A stretch of 61,010 bases of DNA, taken from the IMG/VR virus record IMGVR_UViG_3300027554_000001. One strand, written 5' to 3'. Under the pieces are notes generated by a model. It saw nothing but the letters and a program-made list of their open reading frames with translations. It was not told the DNA's origin and ran no database searches. Each line of letters begins with the position of its first letter. The first letter of the stretch is position 1. Made by a program: the position numbers and the translations under genes. Positions 6,772 to 15,790 of this stretch are shown piece by piece. Source of the DNA: a virus.

Positions 6772-8940
6772 ATGGGCATCGTCGTCGACGCGAATTACCT
6801 GCGCAAATCTGCAGACGGGCTGGACGTATCCGACCCGTCCACCTTCCGCCTTGCCAGCTCGCTCATCGGGCTGGCGGCGGCATTCGATGCTTATCTGTCG
6901 GCGAATCCGGGCGCGTCGGTCAATGCGTGGATCGCAACGCTTGGCGGTGGCGCGTCGCAGAGTGATGTCGATGCGCTGACGGCCGCGCTGGGGAGTCTAG
7001 CGATCGGTGGCGTGTCGGGGCTGCAATCGGCGCTCGATAACCTGCAGACGGCGATCAACGGCGCGGCTACCAGTCAGTCCGTCACGGACGCGGTAACGGC
7101 CGAGGCGTCAGCGCGCGATGTAGCGATCACGGCCGCTGTCGGTGGCATCAAGTACGACGGCAGCTACTACAGCACCGCGTCGCTCGCAGCGGCCGTATCG
7201 AGCGGCAAGAGTAACAACCCCGACGCGCGTGCCGGTTACAGCTTCGTCGCCGTCTTCGTCGATCCTGGGGCGGCTGTCGGTGCTCAGGTGCTGCAGGCGC
7301 AGGTCTGGACGCGGGCGCGTGTGGGGGCTTCAGGGAGCGCGCTGGAGTGGGTGCTGGTGTCGGGCAGCGCTGCCGGCGTCAGGCGCGCCACGATCAGCAA
7401 CGGCGACGCCATCCCTGTCGACGCATCGAGCATCCTGATCGAGACGCCTGCCGTCGCTGGCCTGCCGGTCGATGCGGACAGCGTGCCGTACCACGCGATC
7501 ACCCTTGGGCTTCCGACAGCGACAAGCCCGACGATCCGATTCGTGCGCAACGGGCCGCTGGCCGCGCGCATCGAAGCGCCGGCCGGCACGCTGACGTCGC
7601 AAGGTGAGACAGGTGATCCGAACGGCGCGGGTGACATTCTCAACCTGCCGTTCGACTTGTACGGCGGCGAAGCGCATCCGCGCGGCGACGGGTCGGGGTG
7701 GGATCTGGTGCTGGATGTCGTGCCGGATGGCGTCACACAGCAGGAGCTGGCGGATGCGACTCAGCGTCCGGTAATCGTTGTCAACAGCGAGAGCGACGCG
7801 TTAGCGCGCACGCTGGTCGGCAATCGGACGTACCTCGCTGACACCATTTCGGGCGCTGTGACGCTCCCGCTCGGAGGCGACGTTCCTGATCTGCGAGGCG
7901 TTCGAGTCCTGCGACGCGGGCCGAATCCGGTAGTGATCGCCCCTGTTGCCGGGTACACGACCGAAGGCGTCGCTGACGGTCTCGTCATGAATTTGGATGG
8001 GACGAGCGTCGATTTATACCGGCGAGGTAGTCAGTTCTTTGTAGCTGAAGCCGTAGGGGCAGCCTTGCGTGAGCAAGTCTTCGCGCAATATCCGCGATCG
8101 GATGTCGTGAATCTTCGGTTCACGGATGCCGCTGACCTTCCGCACAGCATCACCACATCAGACGGATCGGACTACACCGCAGAGTACCCCGACGGGTCGA
8201 TCGTGACGATTTCATCAGGAGCAAGCCACGTGCAGAGCTTCGGCGCACCTACGAGTGGGCTGGTGCGAATCAGGACGGCGATTGATGTTCGCATCACCCA
8301 CCTGAAGATTGACGACGCGACATGGTCGTTCGATTTGTCTGTTCTCTCTCCGCTCACGTCGCTCGTCAACCTTAAGCTGGCTGGTCACTCGATGGATCTG
8401 ACCGGTCCCTTGGCCGCACTCTCGCCCCTCGTTCTCCTGACGAGCCTGCACATCAGCGGTCACGCAATGAGGTTGACAGGCGTCACTGACGCACTGTCAC
8501 CGCTCGTGTTGCTGGCCAATGTCTACATCGCTGGGCACAAGATGGCGATCGCTGGCGACTCCGCAGCGTTCTCGCCATTAATCGCTCTCAGGACGCTCTA
8601 TGTGATCGGCCAAGATATGACGATCGAGATGGAATTGTCGGCCTTTGCGCCGCTTCCGTTGCTGGAGGTGCTTTTCCTTATTGGCGACACTATGCAAGCG
8701 AGCCTCGTAGACACTACTTGGCGACCGTCTATGCGACAGGTTGTTGTCAAGGTCGCGCCGACAAGCGAGGCGTTTGTCGGCGCCGTGCTATCGACGCTCG
8801 CGCGTGACACGACGACCTGGCGTAACGAAAAGCAGATCGACCTGAGAGGAAGCAACCCGCCGCCGCCGATCTCGTCGCAGTCTGACATCACGACGCTTGA
8901 AGGGCTCGGTGTCGCCGTTCTCGTTGAATCTGGGGCTTGA
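6772..8940 (+). CDS. Tail-fibre-like protein with C-terminal leucine-rich-repeat domain
   Basis: 722 aa. Ala/Gly/Ser-rich fibre-like N-terminus; 5-6 tandem 22-24-aa LRRs ('LSPLxxLxxLxIxGHxMxLTG') encoded at 8335..8712. A 60-nt sample of the 3' third counted about 50% GC. Confidence 0.7.
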   Translation: MGIVVDANYLRKSADGLDVSDPSTFRLASSLIGLAAAFDAYLSANPGASVNAWIATLGGGASQSDVDALTAALGSLAIGGVSGLQSALDNLQTAINGAATSQSVTDAVTAEASARDVAITAAVGGIKYDGSYYSTASLAAAVSSGKSNNPDARAGYSFVAVFVDPGAAVGAQVLQAQVWTRARVGASGSALEWVLVSGSAAGVRRATISNGDAIPVDASSILIETPAVAGLPVDADSVPYHAITLGLPTATSPTIRFVRNGPLAARIEAPAGTLTSQGETGDPNGAGDILNLPFDLYGGEAHPRGDGSGWDLVLDVVPDGVTQQELADATQRPVIVVNSESDALARTLVGNRTYLADTISGAVTLPLGGDVPDLRGVRVLRRGPNPVVIAPVAGYTTEGVADGLVMNLDGTSVDLYRRGSQFFVAEAVGAALREQVFAQYPRSDVVNLRFTDAADLPHSITTSDGSDYTAEYPDGSIVTISSGASHVQSFGAPTSGLVRIRTAIDVRITHLKIDDATWSFDLSVLSPLTSLVNLKLAGHSMDLTGPLAALSPLVLLTSLHISGHAMRLTGVTDALSPLVLLANVYIAGHKMAIAGDSAAFSPLIALRTLYVIGQDMTIEMELSAFAPLPLLEVLFLIGDTMQASLVDTTWRPSMRQVVVKVAPTSEAFVGAVLSTLARDTTTWRNEKQIDLRGSNPPPPISSQSDITTLEGLGVAVLVESGA

Positions 8941-9194
8941 TGATGAGCGCTTTGAACCTGTTCGACCCTGCATACCCTCTGGTTGATCTAGAAGAAGCCG
9001 ATTTGCGCAGCTCTGCCGCTTTCAATGCCGCTATGGCTCGCGTCACGGGGCCGCTGTCAGCGCTCCCGGAAGGACACGAGCAGCGGTTCATGAACGGAAC
9101 CTGGGGCGATAACGCGCCGGACCACTACCCGACATCCGGCGTTGCGCTAGTTGAGCGAGCCGTCAACGGACAACTCAACTGGGTGAGAAAATGA
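8940..9194 (+). CDS. Hypothetical protein (84 aa)
   Basis: ATG 8940 (TTG 8937 also possible) overlapping the upstream stop; track ORF 8937..9194. Confidence 0.5.
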   Translation: MMSALNLFDPAYPLVDLEEADLRSSAAFNAAMARVTGPLSALPEGHEQRFMNGTWGDNAPDHYPTSGVALVERAVNGQLNWVRK

Positions 9195-11251
9195 GCACGC
9201 ACACCGATCCTAGCGTACTGCGCGCAGGCGACCCGGACGTCGATCATCCGAGCCTACTCGCGGAGAGATTATCGGCCGGTGATCTTGCTGATGCGAGTGG
9301 CTTCGAGGCCATGTCTCTGGTGCTCAGGTCGATGGGCGCATCGGGTGTTTTCGCGTCGCGACAGTACAACACCAACACCCCGCTCGACCCGGCGACTCGA
9401 AAGCACGACGGTGCTTACGCCGCGCTGAACCTGCACGACCACAGCAACTACATGCTGATGTGCGGTCTCGCTGAATTCTCGGTCATCGTCAACGGCTGGC
9501 CCTACGCGTCAAGGCATCAGGATTATCGCTGGCGCAGATCGGTTCCGGCCGATGAAGACACTCTCGGAACGGAGTACACCCGCCCGCCCGAGGTGCCCGC
9601 AAGCATCGCGTCAAAGCCTCTCGGGCTCTCCGGCAACGACGTGAATCTGACAGACGACACTCAGATGCGAGCGTTCAGTCGGATTTTCGAGGACCACCCC
9701 GAGCAGGTTGAAATGCACCTTGCTTATCTTGAGCTGTGGTGGGAAAAAACGGATGGCGAGCTTCGAGACGCAGGCGACAGCTTTCGTCATTCCGATAGCG
9801 TTGACGACCTCCACGCGCAGTACGATAAGGCGGCACGGCTCGCGGCGACAGGCGGCAAGGAGCTGACAGAGAATCTGCCGTTCGGCCCGGTCGCGAAGCG
9901 CTACATTGAAGGCGGCATCGAGAAGATCGCATATCTGAATGCTCGGATGATGACGTGCAAGGTGGGCACGATGGCTCCTTCATCGGTCCATCAGCTCGCG
10001 CCGATCGTCACGATTCAGGCGTCCGACTCGCACGGGCACATCTTGCCCACGCAGATGACGGACGAGCAGGCCCGTCAGCTCCGCGATGGAGAGGTGGGCG
10101 AGGTGATTCTCACGTCCACCGACGTCAGCCATGTCCACGAGTACCGGATTACGTGGGACGGGGATTGGTACGTCGGCGTCGACACGAACGCCACGCACCA
10201 GCACGGCGTGCTGATCGAACGTGGTTATGATGGGGCGCTGCCCTACGATCGGGCAAAGGCGCTCGCGGGAATCGTCGATGACGGAAACGTGTTTTCACTC
10301 ATCGACGATCCGATAGCACGCGGCGAGAAATCGATTGATGACTGGGAGCGTAGCCGCTGGCCTCGCTTCCGCATTCCGCAGCTCGAACGCATTTGCGAGC
10401 GCGTTCCCGGTCTTGACGGCGAGGGTTCATTTATAAACGAGGTCTCGATACTGGACCCCGGACAGATAATGGTCGACCGCGATGGCGGCGTGCTGAACGC
10501 GGCCTACTACTCGCACACATTCGGCCAGTCTGGTAGTGATGCGTCCGGTCGACGAATCATCGGTCGAGGGTACAACGACCCGGCATTTTTCCGGGCGGCG
10601 ACGAACAAGAGTTTCGTGCTTGACGGGTCGTCGTACATGGTGCCGATAGAGATGCTCGCCCTTTCGCACATCAACGGCGCGAATCCCTACAATTTCTCCG
10701 TCGCGGAGGAGGCTGTGACGCGCGCCTCCGGAAATGGCACGGCTGTCGAGCCGTACGGGACCATCAGCGAGGCGAGCTTCTGGTACATCCAGCCGGCCGG
10801 CCTGTACGTCCCGACAGGGGAAGTCGATCCGGCCGATACCGGCCCCGCACGCTACGTGAGAGATCCGGGTGGGTCGCCTCGGCTGGTCTACGCGGGCGGC
10901 ATCGCACCGCACACGCCCGACAAGCTGCACCGCATTCGATTCCCGTGTTACCCGATCTATCAGGAGTACACTTGGGAGGCGGTGCGACTCGCTCACCTTC
11001 GCCGCGAGCTGTCCGGTGGCGGCACGTCGCTCAAGGTGCATTCAGTGTCTGCTGCCGGCGAGGCGTACGGCAGCGCAGCATTGGTCGCGGCGATCAGCGA
11101 TGTGCCCGGACAGACTGGCGAGCGGCTACACGTGACAGGGATGTCTGCGCCCGCTGGCAAGCCGACGACGGCGCGCTACTACTGGGGCGCGGTGAGCGAT
11201 GGCGCAGGCGGAAGCACGCCAGGGTGGATTGATGAGAGGACGGCCGCCTGA
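9191..11251 (+). CDS. Large hypothetical protein (686 aa), His-cluster region
   Basis: ATGA coupling. No family recognised. 'DSHGHILP...SHVHEY...ATHQHGV' could be a metal site. Lower GC in the 5' part. Confidence 0.65.
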   Translation: MSTHTDPSVLRAGDPDVDHPSLLAERLSAGDLADASGFEAMSLVLRSMGASGVFASRQYNTNTPLDPATRKHDGAYAALNLHDHSNYMLMCGLAEFSVIVNGWPYASRHQDYRWRRSVPADEDTLGTEYTRPPEVPASIASKPLGLSGNDVNLTDDTQMRAFSRIFEDHPEQVEMHLAYLELWWEKTDGELRDAGDSFRHSDSVDDLHAQYDKAARLAATGGKELTENLPFGPVAKRYIEGGIEKIAYLNARMMTCKVGTMAPSSVHQLAPIVTIQASDSHGHILPTQMTDEQARQLRDGEVGEVILTSTDVSHVHEYRITWDGDWYVGVDTNATHQHGVLIERGYDGALPYDRAKALAGIVDDGNVFSLIDDPIARGEKSIDDWERSRWPRFRIPQLERICERVPGLDGEGSFINEVSILDPGQIMVDRDGGVLNAAYYSHTFGQSGSDASGRRIIGRGYNDPAFFRAATNKSFVLDGSSYMVPIEMLALSHINGANPYNFSVAEEAVTRASGNGTAVEPYGTISEASFWYIQPAGLYVPTGEVDPADTGPARYVRDPGGSPRLVYAGGIAPHTPDKLHRIRFPCYPIYQEYTWEAVRLAHLRRELSGGGTSLKVHSVSAAGEAYGSAALVAAISDVPGQTGERLHVTGMSAPAGKPTTARYYWGAVSDGAGGSTPGWIDERTAA

Positions 11252-11403
11252 TGCCGGAGCGCTCTGCATCATCTCCCGCGCCGCCCGCTGCCCGCACGCT
11301 CGCTGACGGCACGCTCTGGCTCGGCCCCGCGCCGCAGTCGGAGAAGCCGCCCGAGAAGCCGCCCGCAGCCGATAATCGACAGCCGGCAGGGGGCAGGGCG
11401 TGA
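11251..11403 (+). CDS. Small Pro-rich ORF (50 aa)
   Basis: Hand-translated; TGATG and GTGA coupling fill an otherwise 149-bp gap; contains 12-bp direct repeat GAGAAGCCGCCC x2 (EKPP-EKPP). Confidence 0.3.
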   Translation: MPERSASSPAPPAARTLADGTLWLGPAPQSEKPPEKPPAADNRQPAGGRA

Positions 11404-11780
11404 TCACCTTCACCACCCCCATCCGCGCCACCGCTACCGGCACCGCATCCACCACCGCGCTCGACGCCGCGACACTCGCCCGGATCGACGCGCTGGAAGT
11501 CCCGAAGCGCGTGCTGTTCGTCGCGAACAGCATCTCCGACCGCACGGCCATGCTCGGCAGTCCGCCGCCGGACGGGGCGGTGGCGACGACAATCGGCGGC
11601 GGCTACGCGCAGCGGCGCGTGGATACGTGGGTGACGATCACGACGGAGGAAGCGATGGCGCTCGTTGGTCAGGTCGCGGCGCTTTCTGGCAGCGTCGATC
11701 AAGCGGCGGCAGCGGCGCACATTTCGCCCGGTCGAGAATGGGCATTCGGCCTTGCGACCGACATCATTCTGGCAACGTGA
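11400..11780 (+). CDS. Hypothetical protein (126 aa)
   Basis: GTG start; ORF track; GTGA-coupled to the next gene. Confidence 0.55.
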   Translation: MITFTTPIRATATGTASTTALDAATLARIDALEVPKRVLFVANSISDRTAMLGSPPPDGAVATTIGGGYAQRRVDTWVTITTEEAMALVGQVAALSGSVDQAAAAAHISPGREWAFGLATDIILAT

Positions 11781-14032
11781 GTATCTTTCTCAGCATCGTT
11801 CTATCCAACGGCTCACGGCTGCCGCTCGGCGCGTCCAGCCCGCCCACGCCCGTCAGCGCGTTCGTGATGCACGAGCTGCGGCAAGACGGCGGCGGCACGC
11901 ACAATGCCATCGCGTTCTCGCCGGACGGCAACACCCTCGCCGCCTTCGCAGACGTCGGCGGCACGCGACACCGCACTGGGTCGCAGGGCTGGCGCTACCT
12001 GCCGACGCTGGGCGACAACGCGAGCCGGCAGGTCGCAGGCGGCTGCGCGACGGACGATGGGAAGCTGTTCCAGATCGCGGGCAACGGGACGAGCGCAGGC
12101 GTGCTGCAGGAGATCGACATCGCCACCGGCGCGGCCGTGGAGCTGGTCAGCGGGTTGTACGTCGGGGCCAACCGGTTGAGCGACGGGGACAGCGGCCCGC
12201 GCCCCAGGCCGGTTGGGTGGATGGTCACGTACGACAAAGGCCGTGACCTCGTCTACTACTGCACGGAGAAGGGTGTCGGCCGGTACAACCGGACCACGAG
12301 CACGGACGACGGCATCATCGCGCTGCCCGACGAGTCGTGCCGGGGGTTCTCGCACCGCGAGCACGCCATCGTCATCTCGCCCGGCAGTCTGGAGGTATGC
12401 ACGCACACGCAGGGCATGCAGCGCATCGACGCACCGCACGCCGGGGCAGCCGCGACACGCATCTCGCCGGCCGCGTGGGATCGATTCGAGGACGCCGCGA
12501 TTCTCGACGACGACGGGCTGCTCTGCGCAGGCCACGAGGACGGTGTGCTACTGATCCGCAGCGACGGTTCGACGCTGGACGTGACGCCGTCGCAGAACAG
12601 CGGCACGGGTGCGTCGGGCGGCACGACGCGCTGGATCGCGGTCGCGGTGCAGGGCGACATGGCAGCGCTGGGCATGATCAACCCGGACGGCCCGGAAGAA
12701 TGGATCTACCGGCACACCGACGTGAGCAATGCGACGGCTGCCACTTGGGACAACGCGACACCGACCGAGGCCGTGTTGCAACTTGGGTCCACGTACCTGT
12801 CGCCGGCAAATCGCGTGCTTGGCGCCTCGGCAGGCTCCGGCCCGGATCTCGTCGGCACCAACTGCCTCGCTTTCGACCCGAGCGATCCGACCGGCAACAC
12901 GTTGCACCTGTCGCTCGCGCTGTCGCTGTACCGCACGACGAACTTCGCCGGCTCGGCCAGCGCGATCACGTACGAGTCCGACAACGAAGGGCTGTCGATG
13001 GTGTCGATGGCCGCATCGCACATCGACGGCAACGGCACGGCGTGGCTCACGATGGCCGATCACAACGTCAGCGGCATCGAAGCAGATGGCCTGCTCACGG
13101 ACGAGCTGCACGAGCTGTCCGTGTCGGGCATCTCGGATGGGTGGGGGCTGTGGTCGGCAGGATCAGGTACGGACAACGTCGTCGTCTTCTCGGCTACATC
13201 CGATCGCGACGCCTTCGACCCGGGCGGGGATATCTACTACCGGCGCGGCACGAGCGTCACCGATGGCTGGGTATCGACCGGCTTCGCTGACGACTTTCGC
13301 GGACAGGGCTCGACAGAGGCGACCGGTGTGCCGCGTGTCGGTGGCGTTTTCGGCTGGGATAGAGGCGATGGCACTCACCGCTTCGTCGGCTGGGCGGACG
13401 GGCTGGGCTTCGTCTACTCCGATTACACGCTCGCCAGTGACTCGTGGGGGACATGGCAAGTACAGAGCAGCGGCCCGACGAGCGGACTGGTATCGGCGAA
13501 TCGCAAGAGCGAGCGCGACATCCGAGGCGCGAGTGACGGCAGCGTGATCTTTGGCATCCAACTCATTGACGGCCAGCTGTGGCGCAGCCTGAACGGGGGC
13601 GTGGACTGGACGAAAATCGCATCCAGCCTCGGCACGGATCAGGAAGTGCGCGTTGGCCGGATCGACTATCTCGAAGCGGCGGACGTGCTGATCTACTCGG
13701 ACGAGAATGGCCTGCACAAGATCGCCAACGCCTCAACCTCGGCCGATGTCGTCACCATCAGCGGCATCACGACGCCGTGCCAGGTGGCGGTCGATTCAGC
13801 CGGCCGGGCGTACGCGCATGTACGCGGCCCCGGATTGTCCGACCTGCTGCGCTGGGACGACTTCGCGAGTGCCACGTCCGCAAGTGACGCGACGCAGATC
13901 GCGACCGACGACTACCGTTCGCGCGTCGGGGATCTTGCGACGTGCATGACGATCGGCACGATCGATGGCACCGAGTACGGCCTGACGGGCTACAGCGGTT
14001 CCGGAGCGGCGGTGTGGACAGTGCCGGCGTGA
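11777..14032 (+). CDS. BNR/Asp-box-type beta-propeller protein (receptor-binding or depolymerase candidate)
   Basis: GTGA coupling (track start 11627 rejected). 751 aa rich in G/S/T/D/W. 'AFSPDGNTLA' and Asp-box-like 'SLNGGVDWTKI'. Confidence 0.65.
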   Translation: MSIFLSIVLSNGSRLPLGASSPPTPVSAFVMHELRQDGGGTHNAIAFSPDGNTLAAFADVGGTRHRTGSQGWRYLPTLGDNASRQVAGGCATDDGKLFQIAGNGTSAGVLQEIDIATGAAVELVSGLYVGANRLSDGDSGPRPRPVGWMVTYDKGRDLVYYCTEKGVGRYNRTTSTDDGIIALPDESCRGFSHREHAIVISPGSLEVCTHTQGMQRIDAPHAGAAATRISPAAWDRFEDAAILDDDGLLCAGHEDGVLLIRSDGSTLDVTPSQNSGTGASGGTTRWIAVAVQGDMAALGMINPDGPEEWIYRHTDVSNATAATWDNATPTEAVLQLGSTYLSPANRVLGASAGSGPDLVGTNCLAFDPSDPTGNTLHLSLALSLYRTTNFAGSASAITYESDNEGLSMVSMAASHIDGNGTAWLTMADHNVSGIEADGLLTDELHELSVSGISDGWGLWSAGSGTDNVVVFSATSDRDAFDPGGDIYYRRGTSVTDGWVSTGFADDFRGQGSTEATGVPRVGGVFGWDRGDGTHRFVGWADGLGFVYSDYTLASDSWGTWQVQSSGPTSGLVSANRKSERDIRGASDGSVIFGIQLIDGQLWRSLNGGVDWTKIASSLGTDQEVRVGRIDYLEAADVLIYSDENGLHKIANASTSADVVTISGITTPCQVAVDSAGRAYAHVRGPGLSDLLRWDDFASATSASDATQIATDDYRSRVGDLATCMTIGTIDGTEYGLTGYSGSGAAVWTVPA

Positions 14033-14061
14033 TGGATAGGCTTGCGTCGTCGCGCGATCCC

Positions 14062-14074
14062 GCTCCTACAATGG
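14062..14074 (+). promoter_or_regulatory. GCTCCTACAATGG motif variant (putative -10; ATG 5 nt after TACAAT)
   Basis: One mismatch to the 13-mer; TACAAT 14067..14072; ATG 14078. Confidence 0.35.
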
Positions 14075-14077
14075 CGT

Positions 14078-14317
14078 ATGACTGATGCAGATTCGCGCAT
14101 GCAAGAGCTGGCGGGCCGTGTGCGCAGACTAGAGGAGGTGACAACCGCCCAGGCGCAGGCGCTCGCCCTGAATGACCTGCGCACCGTGCATGCAACCGCG
14201 CGCTTCGACAAGATTGAGCAGACGCTGTCGCGCATCATGTGGCTGATCATCACCGGCATCGCGGGGGGCGTGATGTCTTTCATCATGCAGGGAGGGCTCA
14301 ATGCTGTTGGCGGGTAA
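14078..14317 (+). CDS. XhlA-like coiled-coil protein with C-terminal TM
   Basis: 'MTDADSRMQELAGRVRRLEEV...FDKIEQTLSRIMWLIITGIAGGVMSFIMQG' has the architecture I remember for PBSX XhlA (lysis-associated). Confidence 0.5.
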   Translation: MTDADSRMQELAGRVRRLEEVTTAQAQALALNDLRTVHATARFDKIEQTLSRIMWLIITGIAGGVMSFIMQGGLNAVGG

Positions 14318-14798
14318 CAAGCGCGGCACAGCCCTTTTCGTGCTGCTGCTGAGCCTCGTCGCGCTGCCGGCCTTCGGGGGCGTGATGCTGGGGCTCCGAG
14401 AATATCAACGCGCGTATCAGCCGGTCGTGACGGACTTCCATCTAGACCGCGTCGAGGTCGATGGGGCGGGAGACGTCACGATCAGCGGGTCATTCACCAA
14501 GCGATTCCCGGCCTACGTCTGCGAGTACGAGGACATGCAGTGGCACGCGATCCACGAAAACGGCTGGATGCCTGATGTCGATGCCGAGTACGGTGACGTG
14601 CGAAAAAGCGTCAAGGGCAATAACCGGGCAAAAGGCATACAGCGCTTCTACGACTGGAAGATCCTTGCCAGCGAGTACCCGCAGGCCCAAGGCGTCATCG
14701 GGCGCGTGCATCACGAATGCCTCGGATTCTGGCCGGCAACGACCGACTTCGACGTGATTCTGATCACGCGCGCATTCACGGACGAGACGCCACCTTGA
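14301..14798 (+). CDS. N-terminally membrane-anchored protein (165 aa)
   Basis: GGAGGG upstream; 'ALFVLLLSLVALPAFGGVMLGL' signal-anchor; no family recognised. Confidence 0.55.
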   Translation: MLLAGNKRGTALFVLLLSLVALPAFGGVMLGLREYQRAYQPVVTDFHLDRVEVDGAGDVTISGSFTKRFPAYVCEYEDMQWHAIHENGWMPDVDAEYGDVRKSVKGNNRAKGIQRFYDWKILASEYPQAQGVIGRVHHECLGFWPATTDFDVILITRAFTDETPP

Positions 14799-15745
14799 GC
14801 TACGGACCCGCCAATACCGGCCGCTCTCGTGAGCGCAACCGCGCAGGTGGTGTCGGGCTGCGTACACGATTCGCTATCCGTCCCGTCGCACCGATCACGC
14901 TGGATGACGTGGCGGGCGATAGCGGGCCGGTCGTCGTCGCCTGGGATACGGGGGGTGTGCCGTGCGACCGATTCCAGGTCACGGTATTCGATGAGACCGG
15001 CGCGGTGCTGGCCGTGTCGCCCGATCTGGTCCTGTCGTCGGGCCAGCAGTCGAAGCGGTCTTTCCAGTACACGCTCGAGTCTTTCGTGGTGCCGAATGCC
15101 GCGATCCTTGTGCGCGTGCGCTATCGCTACGGGTCGGGGGTGTGGTACTCGTCGGCGCGCGACATCGAGGTGATTCGCCCGGTAGTGGTGCCGCCGATCG
15201 GTCCACCGATTGACCCACCTGTCGATCCGCAGCCGAGCGCGGAGACCCGCCGATTCGTCGCCACGCAGGATGTGATCGACAACGGCTACCGGCTGCCATG
15301 CGTCGTGGTCGATCCGCAGGACTCGACGCTGATCGCGCACAATGCAGGCGACCGGGTTGGTGGGTACGGCATTGACTACGCCATCACCGGGGATCTGCTT
15401 GAATTTGTCGGCGACCTGAAGAGTGTCGTGTCCATCGGCAACGAATTCACGATCGAGGCGGACTGGCCGCTCGTGGTCGATGCCGATCCGGCAAGCATAG
15501 CCATTCAGGGCACGGACTGGACGGCAGAGCCTGTCGATCCTGCTAACCCGACGCCGGACCCTGCGTCGATCGCACTGCAGGGCGCGGACTGGACGACGAC
15601 ACCGGCACCCGAGCCCGATCCGCCTGCCGAGCCTGAGCCGGCGACGATCACGCTACAGGGGGCAGACTGGACAAATACACCGCCGCCCCCCGAGCCGCAA
15701 CCCGACCCTACAATAGAGGTTGAGGGCGACTGGGTCGACGCCTGA
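14795..15745 (+). CDS. Virion-associated protein with Pro-rich C-terminal repeats
   Basis: TTGA-coupled TTG start (uncertain; track start 14717). Three repeats 'ASIAIQGTDWT / ASIALQGADWT / ATITLQGADWT' separated by Pro-rich linkers (about 15488..15690). Confidence 0.5.
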   Translation: MSYGPANTGRSRERNRAGGVGLRTRFAIRPVAPITLDDVAGDSGPVVVAWDTGGVPCDRFQVTVFDETGAVLAVSPDLVLSSGQQSKRSFQYTLESFVVPNAAILVRVRYRYGSGVWYSSARDIEVIRPVVVPPIGPPIDPPVDPQPSAETRRFVATQDVIDNGYRLPCVVVDPQDSTLIAHNAGDRVGGYGIDYAITGDLLEFVGDLKSVVSIGNEFTIEADWPLVVDADPASIAIQGTDWTAEPVDPANPTPDPASIALQGADWTTTPAPEPDPPAEPEPATITLQGADWTNTPPPPEPQPDPTIEVEGDWVDA

Positions 15746-15790
15746 CACGCTCCCTATCGATCGCCGTGAGGCGACCAGGACCATGACACG

